64,000 nt of DNA, taken from positions 5,534-69,533 of the forward strand of contig JBKPPY010000020.1 of assembly GCA_046733845.1 (NCBI GenBank), in the 5' to 3' direction. The position numbers and the translations under genes were made by a program. The notes below the pieces were generated by a model. It worked only from the letters and a program-made list of their open reading frames with translations. It was not told the origin of the DNA and made no database searches. This document shows, one piece after another, positions 20,302 to 29,689 of this stretch. The DNA is from Actinomycetota bacterium. Lineage in GTDB: Bacteria > Actinomycetota > Thermoleophilia > Gaiellales > Gaiellaceae. The first letter of the stretch is position 1. Every line of letters begins with the position of its first letter.

Positions 20302-21833
20302 TTGGCCAGCGCCTTCGCGACGAGGGTTCCCGACCCCGCACCCAGACCCGGGCCGGGGTGGGTAGACGCGCCGACGTGCCAGAGCCGGTCGACGTTCGTC
20401 TTGTGGCCGGGCAGGCCGGGCCGGGGGCGCCAGATCAGGTTCTGGTCGAGCGCGCACGAGCCCGAGTAGATGTCTCCGCCGACCATGTTCGGATTGGCCG
20501 CCTCGATGTCGACCGGAGAGAGCGTAACCCGGCGCAGAACCGATGGGTCGAAGCCGGGCGCCTGCGCGGCGATCCGCGCCTGGATCCGGTCCGCGTAAGC
20601 CTCCCGGACGGCTTCCGTCCACCCGCCGGACGTGTCGATCTCGCCGGCTGCGTCGCCCTTCAGCTGCGCCGGGATCTCCTGCAGCTGGATCCAGAGGATC
20701 CACCGGCCGTCGGGCGCACGCGAGGGGTCGACGGCCATCGGCTGGCCGACCACCACGGTCGCCTCGGCGGGCAGCAGACCGCGGTCGGCCTCGTTCACCG
20801 CCCGCGAGACACCGTCGAGGCCCGGTGTCAGGTGGACGATCGCCGTCTCTCCGAGCCTCGGATCGCCTTGCCATTTCGGCGGCTCCGACAGCGCGAAGTG
20901 GATCTGCATGGCGCCGCGGCCGTACCGGAAGCGATCTGCCTCCGGCATGCGCTCCCCGAGCAGCGAGCCGTACAGCGCCTGCGGGGTGACACCGGCGATA
21001 ACCGCGCGCGATGCCTCGATCGTCTCGCCCGCCGCGACGACGCCGACGGCGACGCCGTTCTGGGTCACGATCCGCTCGACCTCACGTTCGGTCTCACAGG
21101 CGCCTCCGGCGTCGCGGATGATCCCGGCGAGCGCCTCGACCAGCTTCACCCCGCCGCCACGCGGCACGGGCATGCCGCCCAGCTCGATCGCGACGCCGAT
21201 CACCTGCGCCATGAACCCGGAAGACGCAGCGTCGGGGCCGAGACCGGTGTGGAGCACCCACGGCGCGAAGACGCCCCCTGCACGCTCGTCGTCGAAGGTC
21301 GACGCGGTCCAGTCGCGGCAGCTGGTCAGGACATTCCCGGCGAACTCGACAAGTCCGCGCCGCCCGAACCGCCGGAACGCCTTCCAGCCCAGCTTGGCCC
21401 CCTCGCGCGACCAGAGCTCGGTCGAGAGGACGCCGAAGGCGAGATCGGCGTTCGGCAGGAACTCGGCCACGGTCGTCTCCCATCCGGCGCCGAGCGAGGC
21501 AACGTTGTCGTCGTGCGAGGTGGTCAGGAATCGCGACTGTCCGTCCGGGAAGAGCGTCGCCGTCGGCAGGTCGGTGTTCAGGTACTCGACCCCGCGCGCC
21601 TCGAGGTCGTCCTTCAGCTCCGCGAACGCGGCCGAGCCGGTGAAAAGCGGGTGCCAGGATGCGAATACCTCGTGGACGAAGCCCGGCTCGGTGATCTCCG
21701 CGGTTCGGATCGCGCCGCCGAGCCAGTCGTTGCGCTCGAGGAGGCACACCGTCCAGCCCTTTCGCGCGAGCAGCGCGCCTGCGACGAGCGCGTTAATGCC
21801 GCTGCCGATCGCGACGGCGTCGTAGCGCCTCAC
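20298..21833 (-). CDS. NAD(P)/FAD-dependent oxidoreductase, phytoene-desaturase (CrtI)-like family
   Basis: N-terminal YDAVAIGSGINALVAGALLARKG dinucleotide fold. GTGA overlap with the upstream isomerase gene. Confidence 0.8.
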   Translation of the reverse strand: MRRYDAVAIGSGINALVAGALLARKGWTVCLLERNDWLGGAIRTAEITEPGFVHEVFASWHPLFTGSAAFAELKDDLEARGVEYLNTDLPTATLFPDGQSRFLTTSHDDNVASLGAGWETTVAEFLPNADLAFGVLSTELWSREGAKLGWKAFRRFGRRGLVEFAGNVLTSCRDWTASTFDDERAGGVFAPWVLHTGLGPDAASSGFMAQVIGVAIELGGMPVPRGGGVKLVEALAGIIRDAGGACETEREVERIVTQNGVAVGVVAAGETIEASRAVIAGVTPQALYGSLLGERMPEADRFRYGRGAMQIHFALSEPPKWQGDPRLGETAIVHLTPGLDGVSRAVNEADRGLLPAEATVVVGQPMAVDPSRAPDGRWILWIQLQEIPAQLKGDAAGEIDTSGGWTEAVREAYADRIQARIAAQAPGFDPSVLRRVTLSPVDIEAANPNMVGGDIYSGSCALDQNLIWRPRPGLPGHKTNVDRLWHVGASTHPGPGLGAGSGTLVAKALAK

Positions 21834-22603
21834 AGCGCCTCCATCGCTTCGACCGCGCGGCGGGCGATCTCCTCGGCCGGCTGCGCCCAGAGCGAGTCGG
21901 GGAACGTCTCACCGAACGTCCCGTCGTCCGACATCAGCTCGACGTCGAACCAGCCGTCGTAGCCGGCCTCGACGAGCGCCCGGACAGCCGGGCGCGATCC
22001 TGCGCCGGGCAAGTCCCGGTCGAAGTCGGACCTGGTCGGCTCCCGGCGATCGGCGACGTGTACCCCGTACAGGCGGTCGACGTGCGAGATCCCGTCGAGG
22101 TGCCAGGTGTCGAACAGGATCCCGACCTCGGCGTCGCCGATCAGCTCCAGCGCCGCGTCGACGGTCGGCACCGCCGACAGGAGCGACGCCTGGGACGGAT
22201 GGATCGGCTCGAGCGCGACCCGCACTCCGTGGCGCGTGCCCGCCTCGGCGATTCGGCGGATTCCCTCGACGACCGTTGGGCGGTCGTCCCCCGGGCCGGT
22301 CAGGAAGAACACGCAGGACGGCTCCAGCTCGGCGAGCCGCGCCACCGACGCGCAGATCGACTCGACTCGCGCCTCCGGCTCGTCAGGCCCGGGAATCAGC
22401 GGCGAGGGCAGGATCGACCCGGCGGCCGGGAGACAGGCCGACACGGCGAGCCCGCTCTCGCGCAGCTTCCCACGGACATCGTCGACCCCTTCGAGCTTGA
22501 ACTCGAGGATCCCGATCGCGCCAGCGCCTGCCGCCCGATACGCGGCGAGCTCGTCGTCGAATGACGCCGGGAATGTCGTCCACTGGTTGATTCCGATCCG
22601 CAT
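21830..22603 (-). CDS. Sugar phosphate isomerase/epimerase (xylose-isomerase-like TIM barrel)
   Basis: AP_endonuc_2-type sequence over the full 257 aa. Confidence 0.7.
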   Translation of the reverse strand: MRIGINQWTTFPASFDDELAAYRAAGAGAIGILEFKLEGVDDVRGKLRESGLAVSACLPAAGSILPSPLIPGPDEPEARVESICASVARLAELEPSCVFFLTGPGDDRPTVVEGIRRIAEAGTRHGVRVALEPIHPSQASLLSAVPTVDAALELIGDAEVGILFDTWHLDGISHVDRLYGVHVADRREPTRSDFDRDLPGAGSRPAVRALVEAGYDGWFDVELMSDDGTFGETFPDSLWAQPAEEIARRAVEAMEAL

Positions 22604-22609
22604 GGCTGA

Positions 22610-22615
22610 ACGCTA
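22610..22615 (-). promoter_or_regulatory. -10 box TAGCGT, 6 nt before ATG 22603 (leaderless-type promoter)
   Basis: Read directly on the minus strand. Confidence 0.4.
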
Positions 22616-22762
22616 AACCGAAGCGCGTTGAACCCGCGTACCGATCAGTCGTATGGTGCGATCGCGGGATCCGAGAATGCGGCGCGGCCGCCTCGCCCCG
22701 AGGGCTCACCCGGGAGATGGTTAACTCACTCTGGACGGTTCAGCCGAAGGGAGGAGTGGAGC

Positions 22763-23971
22763 ATGAGGGATAGGAAGAGGTGGGGCGTGGCCGGCGTACT
22801 CGCGGTCATCGTCGCGGTCGCCGTGACCGTCGTCGGGGTGACGACGGCGTCCGGCGCCAAGTCGGCCAAGAAGCCGATCGTCATCGGCTTCGCCGCAGAC
22901 CTGAGCGGTCAAATGGCGCCGTTCGACAACCCGGCGCTGACTGCGGCCAAGCTCGAGGTCGCCAAGATCAACGCGGCCGGTGGCGTGAACGGCGCGAAGC
23001 TCAAGATTGTCGCCTGCGACACCCAGAACTCGAAGCCGGATGTCTCGAAGTCCTGCGTCAACAATGTCGTGTCGAAGGGCGCCGTGATCGGCATGGTCAC
23101 CTGCGACGTCGACTTCGCCACTGCTGCGATCCAGCAGTTCCTCGCCAAGAAGATGCTGACGATCGCGCCGTGCATCGGCACCGACCAGATGGGCCCGAAG
23201 CGCTTCGGCGCGCTCGGTAAGCTCGCCTTCAGCTACGGCAACGTCGCCCAGGACGAGGGTGCGGCGATGGCCGAGTACGCCTACAACGTGAAGCACTGGA
23301 CAACGGCGGTCACCGTCACCGACAACGTCATCGTCTACTTCAAGAACATCGTCCAGGCGTTCACGTCCCGCTACAAGCAACTGGGCGGGAAGATCGTCGA
23401 CGCGGAAAGCTTCACGTCGTTCGACAAGACGATCGGGAACGTCGTCAGCCGCGTGAACGGACAGAAGGCGGACGTGATCGTCACCTCGACCGGCTTCGCG
23501 GACTGGCCCGCGTTCATGGCCGGCCTCCGCAGCCTGAACAACCAGACGCCGATCATGAACTCGTGGGCCGGTGACGGCACCTTCTGGTATCCGAAGAGCC
23601 CGCCGGTCTCGAACTACTGGTACGTCACCTATGCGTCGGTGTTCGGCGACGATCCGAGCGCCGCGGTGAAGCGGATGATCGGCCAGCTGACGAAGATCGG
23701 CCAGCCACCTGCGACGGGAGGTTTCGTCACCGGTGCGGCATCGATCGACGGCATCGCCGCTGCGATCAAACTGGCGAAGGGCTCGACGAAGGGCTCCGTG
23801 CTCGCAGCGATCATGCAGAAGTTCCACGGCCTGCCGACGATCTCGGGCCAGGTGAGCTTCTCCCCGACGCTGCACAGCGTCTTCGGGCGCGCCTACCGCG
23901 TGATGGAGGTGCAGAACTCGAAGCCGAAGTTCGTCCAGCTCTACACAGCGAAGAAGCTGGGCACGCTCTGA
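22763..23971 (+). CDS. Branched-chain amino-acid-type ABC transporter substrate-binding protein (LivJ-like)
   Basis: ATG 22763 is preceded by GAAGGGAGGAG. Signal/anchor MRDRKRWGVAGVLAVIVAVAV, followed by a Peripla_BP_6-type sequence. Confidence 0.85.
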   Translation: MRDRKRWGVAGVLAVIVAVAVTVVGVTTASGAKSAKKPIVIGFAADLSGQMAPFDNPALTAAKLEVAKINAAGGVNGAKLKIVACDTQNSKPDVSKSCVNNVVSKGAVIGMVTCDVDFATAAIQQFLAKKMLTIAPCIGTDQMGPKRFGALGKLAFSYGNVAQDEGAAMAEYAYNVKHWTTAVTVTDNVIVYFKNIVQAFTSRYKQLGGKIVDAESFTSFDKTIGNVVSRVNGQKADVIVTSTGFADWPAFMAGLRSLNNQTPIMNSWAGDGTFWYPKSPPVSNYWYVTYASVFGDDPSAAVKRMIGQLTKIGQPPATGGFVTGAASIDGIAAAIKLAKGSTKGSVLAAIMQKFHGLPTISGQVSFSPTLHSVFGRAYRVMEVQNSKPKFVQLYTAKKLGTL

Positions 23972-23977
23972 GAGGCG

Positions 23978-24754
23978 TTGGTAGACGACGTCTCGCGTGA
24001 GGCGAGCCGGTGGCCCGGGGGCAGTCTCCGGGCCACCGGCGTTTCGCGCGCCTTCGAGGGCGTGCACGCACTTCGCGGCGTCGACATCGAGGTCCACCGG
24101 CACGAGGTCGTCGGGCTGATCGGTCCCAACGGAGCCGGGAAGACGACCCTCGTCAACGTCATCACCGGATTCGACTTTCTGACCTCGGGCTCCATCGCAC
24201 TCGCCGACGACCTGATCACCTCGTGGAGCCCTCACCGACGCGGCCGGGCCGGACTCGCCCGGACGTTCCAGCACAGCCGGTCGTTCGGCTCTCTGTCCGT
24301 CCGGGAGAACGTCGAAGTGGCCGCGCTCGGCTCAGGTGCGGGCGCCCGGGAAGCGCGGCGACGCGCGGCAGCACTGCTCGAGCTCCTCGGCCTCGAAGGC
24401 TACGGACGCCGGCCGGCGGCGACGTTGGCGCACGGTGACGAGCGCAAGCTCGGCGTCGCCCGGGCACTCGCGACCGCACCGAGGTTCGTCCTGATGGACG
24501 AACCCGCGGCCGGGCTGCCCGAGGCCGAGGTCCCCGACTTCGCCGCTGTCGTCCACACGGTCCGCGACGCCTACGGGGCAGGCGTGCTGCTGATCGACCA
24601 CAACATGGCGCTGATCATGGAGGTGTGCGACCGCATCCACGTGCTCGACCAGGGCCGCACGCTCGCCGAGGGCACGCCGCAAGAGATCCGATCGAACCTT
24701 GACGTGACCGCCGCCTACCTGGGCGAGAGCGCCGTCCACGAGGAGTCCGACTGA
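23978..24754 (+). CDS. ABC transporter ATP-binding protein (LivG-like)
   Basis: TTG start 6 nt after the upstream stop. Walker A GPNGAGKTT and Walker B FVLMDEPAAGL. Confidence 0.85.
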   Translation: MVDDVSREASRWPGGSLRATGVSRAFEGVHALRGVDIEVHRHEVVGLIGPNGAGKTTLVNVITGFDFLTSGSIALADDLITSWSPHRRGRAGLARTFQHSRSFGSLSVRENVEVAALGSGAGAREARRRAAALLELLGLEGYGRRPAATLAHGDERKLGVARALATAPRFVLMDEPAAGLPEAEVPDFAAVVHTVRDAYGAGVLLIDHNMALIMEVCDRIHVLDQGRTLAEGTPQEIRSNLDVTAAYLGESAVHEESD

Positions 24755-25488
24755 GCGCGGCTCCGTCACCTGCCGCTGCGCCTGCCCTCGAGATCGACGG
24801 CCTCTGGGTCAATTACGGCTCGGTGCCCGCTGTTCGGCAGCTCACGCTCACCGTCGGCGCCGGCGAGATCGTCGGGCTGATCGGCCCGAACGGCGCCGGC
24901 AAGTCGACGACTCTGCACACGATCGTCGGCCTGGTGCCGGCACGGTCCGGCGACGTCCGCGTCCAAGGCACGTCGATCGTCGGCCGCAAGCCCGAGGCGA
25001 TCGCTCGGGGCGGCGTCTCGCTGGTACCCGAAGGCCGCCGGATCTTCGCCGAGCTGACGGTCGAGGAAAACCTGCGGCTCGGACTGGTCGCGCGGAAGGA
25101 CCGGGCCGACTCCCGCAGTGACTTCGAGTGGATCGAGGAGCTTTTCCCGGTTGTCCGCGAATTCCGCGCCCGGCAGGCCGGGACGCTCTCCGGTGGCCAG
25201 CAACAGCAGCTCGCGATCGCGCGGGCGCTGGTCGCGGGGCCGAGCGTACTCCTCCTCGACGAGCCCTCGCTCGGGCTAGCTCCGACGACGGTGGACGTCG
25301 TTCTCCAGGCACTCGCCCAGATCCGCGAGCGCGGCGTCACCGTCCTGCTGGTGGAGCAGCGCGCCCAGCGCACGGTCGCGCTCGCCGACCGGACGTATGT
25401 GATGACGAACGGCGAGATCAGGATGACGCTCACCCCCGCCGACGCAGACGACACCGACCGCATCGTCGCCGCGTACATGGCCTCGTGA
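24751..25488 (+). CDS. ABC transporter ATP-binding protein (LivF-like); start probably CTG 24751
   Basis: Walker A GPNGAGKST, signature LSGGQQQ and Walker B LLLDEPSLGL. The conserved first strand and A-loop Tyr (LEIDGLWVNYGS) lie upstream of the first canonical start, GTG 24823. Confidence 0.75.
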   Translation: MSAAPSPAAAPALEIDGLWVNYGSVPAVRQLTLTVGAGEIVGLIGPNGAGKSTTLHTIVGLVPARSGDVRVQGTSIVGRKPEAIARGGVSLVPEGRRIFAELTVEENLRLGLVARKDRADSRSDFEWIEELFPVVREFRARQAGTLSGGQQQQLAIARALVAGPSVLLLDEPSLGLAPTTVDVVLQALAQIRERGVTVLLVEQRAQRTVALADRTYVMTNGEIRMTLTPADADDTDRIVAAYMAS

Positions 25489-26405
25489 CCCACGTTCAAT
25501 CCCTCATCGATGCGATCGGCGTCGGCGCCCTCTACGCGCTCATCGCGGTCGGCATTGGGCTCGTCTTCGGCGTGCTGCGGCTGATCAACTTCGCATACGG
25601 GCAGCTGATCATGCTGGCCGCCTACGCGCTCGCCTTCACCGATAGCTGGCCCGACGCGGCGAGCATCGTGCTTGCGGTGCTCGTCGCAGTCGCCGCCTCA
25701 CTCGTGCTCGAACGCGTGGCGTTCCGGCCTCTTCGCACCGCCGACGCATCGACGATGCTCGTCGCGACCTTCGCGGTCGCCTACCTGCTTCAGAACGCGG
25801 CTCTGCTCCAGTACACGTACCGCCAGCGGGGCGGCCTCGGCGATCCGGTGGGGACGCTGGCCCAACTGAACCGGGCGGTGACGATCGGGTCGCTGAACAT
25901 CCGTTGGGCGACGTTCCTCGCGATCGGCGCGAGCCTCGTCTCCCTCGTGGGGCTGGCGCTCCTGCTCAACCGCACTTCGATCGGGCTTCAGATGCGCGCG
26001 GCCGCGATGGACTTCCGCACCTCGCGACTGCTCGGCGTCAAGGCGGACACCGTGATCATGGTCGCCGTCGCGGTCGCGGGCGTGCTGGCTGCGATCGTGG
26101 CCGTGATCCTGAGCATCACCAGTCCGCTGGTCAACCCGACAACAGGTCTGAACGAGACCCTGATCGTGCTCGTCGGCGTCGTCGCAGGCGGCATCGACCG
26201 CCTCACATCGGCGACGCTCGGCGGGTTTGCGATCGGCTTCGCCACCTCGTTCGTCGGCTCGGAGTTGCCGACGTCGGGGACGACCCCATTCACCTCCAAT
26301 GTTTATATGCCGTCGGTCATCTACCTCGCGGTGATCGTTGCCCTGCTTCTGCGACCCCAGGGGCTCTTCGCGCGGCCGGGGCAGGGCTCGGTGCAACGGG
26401 TATGA
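25485..26405 (+). CDS. Branched-chain amino-acid ABC transporter permease (LivH-like)
   Basis: From GTG 25485 (GTGA overlap) the sequence reads VTHVQSLIDAIGVGALYALIAVGIGLVFG. Confidence 0.85.
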   Translation: MTHVQSLIDAIGVGALYALIAVGIGLVFGVLRLINFAYGQLIMLAAYALAFTDSWPDAASIVLAVLVAVAASLVLERVAFRPLRTADASTMLVATFAVAYLLQNAALLQYTYRQRGGLGDPVGTLAQLNRAVTIGSLNIRWATFLAIGASLVSLVGLALLLNRTSIGLQMRAAAMDFRTSRLLGVKADTVIMVAVAVAGVLAAIVAVILSITSPLVNPTTGLNETLIVLVGVVAGGIDRLTSATLGGFAIGFATSFVGSELPTSGTTPFTSNVYMPSVIYLAVIVALLLRPQGLFARPGQGSVQRV

Positions 26406-27466
26406 GGCGCGCCGATTGGCTCACAGAGCTGCTCGGGCCGATCACCCTTGTCGTACTCCTGGCGGTTACCTCCAGCCTGTGGGTGACGAGCGGCGACCAG
26501 GTCAAGTTCCAGAACGCGATCGTGTACATCGCGCTCGTCACCGCTCTGTACGTCTTTGTCGGCAACTCCGGCGTGATCTCCTTCGGCCAGGTCAGCTTCG
26601 TCGCCGTGGGCGCGTTCGCGAGCGGCGTGATGACCATCCCGCTCGACACAAAGCGCGGCGTGCTGCCGACGCTGTTCCCGCTCCTGCGCGACCACACGAT
26701 CTCGAGCGCGTGGTCGCTGGTGCTCGCCGCCGGGCTCGGAGCGGTCTACGCATTCGTGGTCGGCATCCCGCTCATGCGCCTGTCCGGGATCGCCGCCGGC
26801 ATCTCGACGCTCGCCGTGCTCGGCATCACCTACAACATCCTCACGTACTGGACGAGCATCGGACCGGGCTCGACGGTGCTGTCCTTGATCCCGACGACCA
26901 CGGACTACTGGCAGGCGACCGTGGGGGCGATCGCGGTCATCTGCGTGGCGTTCGCCTACCAGCGCAGCCGTTTCGGGCGTCAGCTACGCGCCGCTCGGGA
27001 AGACCCGGCCGCCGCGCGCGCAGCCGGGATCGACATCCACCGGCAACGGTTGCTCGCCTTCACGCTCTCCGGTGCGCTCTCCGGCTTCGCCGGCGGGCTC
27101 TACGTCCACCTGCTCGGGAGCATCGCCACCAACCAGGTCTACCTCGACCTCACCTTCCTCACGCTGGCGATGCTCGTCGTCGGCGGGATCTCGAGCCTGT
27201 TCGGCGCCGTCGTCGGCGCGATCGCAATCAGCCTCTTCACGATCCTGCTTGGGAACTCCGAGCTTGGGATCCACATCTTCGGCTGGGGGATCAAGGCGCC
27301 TGCGGGCTCCAGTCTCGTCGGCGTCGCGATCGTGATGCTCGTGATCCTCCTGCTCCGGCCGAGCGGGATCACCGGTGGGAAAGAGTTCTCGCTGCCCCGC
27401 TCACTTCGCGGTAGGCCGAGCGGCCCCGAGCCGCCGGCGACCGCCGCGCCGGAAGCAGGCGTCTAG
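26402..27466 (+). CDS. Branched-chain amino-acid ABC transporter permease (LivM-like)
   Basis: ATG 26402 (ATGA overlap). Polytopic LivM-type sequence. Confidence 0.85.
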   Translation: MRRADWLTELLGPITLVVLLAVTSSLWVTSGDQVKFQNAIVYIALVTALYVFVGNSGVISFGQVSFVAVGAFASGVMTIPLDTKRGVLPTLFPLLRDHTISSAWSLVLAAGLGAVYAFVVGIPLMRLSGIAAGISTLAVLGITYNILTYWTSIGPGSTVLSLIPTTTDYWQATVGAIAVICVAFAYQRSRFGRQLRAAREDPAAARAAGIDIHRQRLLAFTLSGALSGFAGGLYVHLLGSIATNQVYLDLTFLTLAMLVVGGISSLFGAVVGAIAISLFTILLGNSELGIHIFGWGIKAPAGSSLVGVAIVMLVILLLRPSGITGGKEFSLPRSLRGRPSGPEPPATAAPEAGV

Positions 27467-28626
27467 CCCAGGTCGAGCACCGGGCCGGGCTGGTCGCGCA
27501 CCAACTCGAGGGTCGCACAGTGGAGTCCGGCGATTGCGAAGCGCTGGCTCTCCGAGAAGTCGACCTGAATCACCTCGACCCCGGCGCGCTCGAGCGCCGC
27601 GACGACCGTCCGCGAGCCTTTGTTGACGACTACCTTGCCCGGCTCGAGCGTGACCCCGTTCACCGCCAAGTCCCAGTACTCGTCGAGCGGCACCTCGATG
27701 ATCCGATAGTCGCGCTCCATCAACCAGCGCACGAAGCCGTAGTTGACGAGATGCGGCGCAAGCACGATCACGCGCTCGTCCGGAACGAGACAAACCATGT
27801 CCATGTGCGACGTGCCGATCGAGCCTTCTCCGATCGAGTCGTACCAGCCTGGGCTGTGCGCCACCACCAGCTCGACACCGAGCGTCTCGAGGACGAACCC
27901 GAGCTGCCGCAGACCCTCCTCGTTCGCGACCACGCTCTCGTTGAACACGAACGTCCTCGAGTCGAGCCAGCGGCCGGCGCCGGGCTCGCAGATGCCGCGT
28001 CCGTGGACAGTGTGGTAGATCGGCACCTGAAGGGCGGCAAGCGCCTTCGTCCAAATCACCTCGCGGCCGCGCTGCCACGAGCCGAGGCCGTAGCGATGCA
28101 GGATCGCGCCACCGTGGACGCAGAGCCCCGCGCCGGCGAGGGTGACCAGGTTCTTGATGTACCCGTACTCGCCGATCGCGGGCACCGGCGCTTCGAGGTA
28201 GTTGACGCGCACGCCGTGACCTGCGAGGACGTCGTAGTACTCGTCGAACTGGGCCTGGAGGCGGCCGAGGTCGGCGTTGCCCGCGGCACTCGAGTAGTAG
28301 TACTGCCACTCTTTCGCGTACTCGGGACGGATCTCATTCTCGGTCGGGCGCGAGACGAGCACCTCGCGCAGGGTTCCGATTCCCTCCGCGCCCCACGGCC
28401 GTCCCCAGATCTGCTCGACCTCGTCGTAAAAGTCGGTCTGGTGGAGCATGTAGTTGCGCAGCGGCTTCCCGGGCTCGAACCACGGCAGCGACTCGAGCAC
28501 CTCCTCCTCGTCGTGTTCCTCGGCCACCCGCGGCGACGAGTACGTCAGCTCGATCGAGTCGCCGTCGGCGGTGCGAACGGTGAACGGCACCGACTCCCGC
28601 TGGCGCTTCCGGCTCTCCTTCAGCAT
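27463..28626 (-). CDS. Amidinotransferase / arginine-deiminase-fold protein (guanidino-group-modifying enzyme superfamily)
   Basis: C-terminal nucleophile motif AGLHCATLE and an upstream GTSHMD. Length and fold-type pattern fit the family. Confidence 0.6.
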   Translation of the reverse strand: MLKESRKRQRESVPFTVRTADGDSIELTYSSPRVAEEHDEEEVLESLPWFEPGKPLRNYMLHQTDFYDEVEQIWGRPWGAEGIGTLREVLVSRPTENEIRPEYAKEWQYYYSSAAGNADLGRLQAQFDEYYDVLAGHGVRVNYLEAPVPAIGEYGYIKNLVTLAGAGLCVHGGAILHRYGLGSWQRGREVIWTKALAALQVPIYHTVHGRGICEPGAGRWLDSRTFVFNESVVANEEGLRQLGFVLETLGVELVVAHSPGWYDSIGEGSIGTSHMDMVCLVPDERVIVLAPHLVNYGFVRWLMERDYRIIEVPLDEYWDLAVNGVTLEPGKVVVNKGSRTVVAALERAGVEVIQVDFSESQRFAIAGLHCATLELVRDQPGPVLDLG

Positions 28627-28627
28627 C

Positions 28628-29689
28628 TCAACCTCCGATCAGTCGTAACGCATCGTCCATCTGGCCGAGGTAGGCCGGAAACGAGAACTCGCGCATCGGG
28701 AACCCGTCCGGGAAGTGGCCCTGGTACAAGGGGTACCACACGCCCGGCGGCGACGGATTCACGCCGACGGTCTGCACGCCGGCAGCGCGGAGCATGTCCA
28801 CCCGGCGACCGACCTCGTCGGGCTTGCCCGACACCGTCATCGCCTCGACCGCCTCGTCCGGGATCGCCGCGATCGCTCCGTCGGCGTCGCCCGCCGCGAC
28901 TCGCTCCTTCAGCTCGGCGACGAGGTCGCCGTACCCGGCTGCGGCGAAGCTCTCCGCGTAGAAGGGCGAGGAGCTCGAGGCGGTCGCGAACATCAGCACC
29001 TGGGCCTTGGCTTTCTCTATCCCACTGCCGTCCTCGGCGACGACGGTCGGGTAGCCGCAGGCGACGTCGAGATCGTCGAGGGTGCGGCCGGCCTTCGCGG
29101 CGCCTTCGCGCAGCGCCGGCAGCACGACCTGGTCGACGTACGGGATCGACCAGCAGTAGCCGAGCACGCCGTCGGCGAGCTCGCCGGCAAGGCGGAGCAT
29201 CTGCGGCCCGACGGCGGCGAGGTAAAGACGCACCGGCTGCTCCGGCATCGGCATCTGCAGCTGGAAGGCGCGGACGGAGAAGAGCTCGCCCTCGTAGTCG
29301 ACGGCTTCGCCCGCGAGGATCCGCCGCAGGATCGTCAAGTACTCGCGCATCGCGCGGATCGGCCGCTCGTAGGTGCGGTCGTGCCAGTCGCGGACGTAGT
29401 TCCGCGCCTGGACGCCGACGCCGAGCAGCATCCGACCGTTCGAGAGCTCGTTGACCGACGCCGCCTGGAGCGCCATCGTCACCGGCGAGCGGCTCCAGAT
29501 GCCGATGACGCCCGTGCCGAGGAGCAGCGTCGAGGTGCCGGTGGCGGTCGCGGTGGCCGGGGCGAACGCGTCGCCGAAGACGATCTCGGGGAACCACGCC
29601 GTGCGGAACCCGGCCTCCTCGACGCGGCGTCCGTACTGGACGGCGAGGCTCGGCGGGACCGCTTCGACGAAGAAATCGAGACCGTTCAC
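28628..29689 (-). CDS. LLM-class F420/flavin-dependent oxidoreductase
   Basis: From GTG 29689 (GTGA overlap) the sequence reads VNGLDFFVEAVPP...GFRTAWFPE. Confidence 0.8.
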   Translation of the reverse strand: MNGLDFFVEAVPPSLAVQYGRRVEEAGFRTAWFPEIVFGDAFAPATATATGTSTLLLGTGVIGIWSRSPVTMALQAASVNELSNGRMLLGVGVQARNYVRDWHDRTYERPIRAMREYLTILRRILAGEAVDYEGELFSVRAFQLQMPMPEQPVRLYLAAVGPQMLRLAGELADGVLGYCWSIPYVDQVVLPALREGAAKAGRTLDDLDVACGYPTVVAEDGSGIEKAKAQVLMFATASSSSPFYAESFAAAGYGDLVAELKERVAAGDADGAIAAIPDEAVEAMTVSGKPDEVGRRVDMLRAAGVQTVGVNPSPPGVWYPLYQGHFPDGFPMREFSFPAYLGQMDDALRLIGG

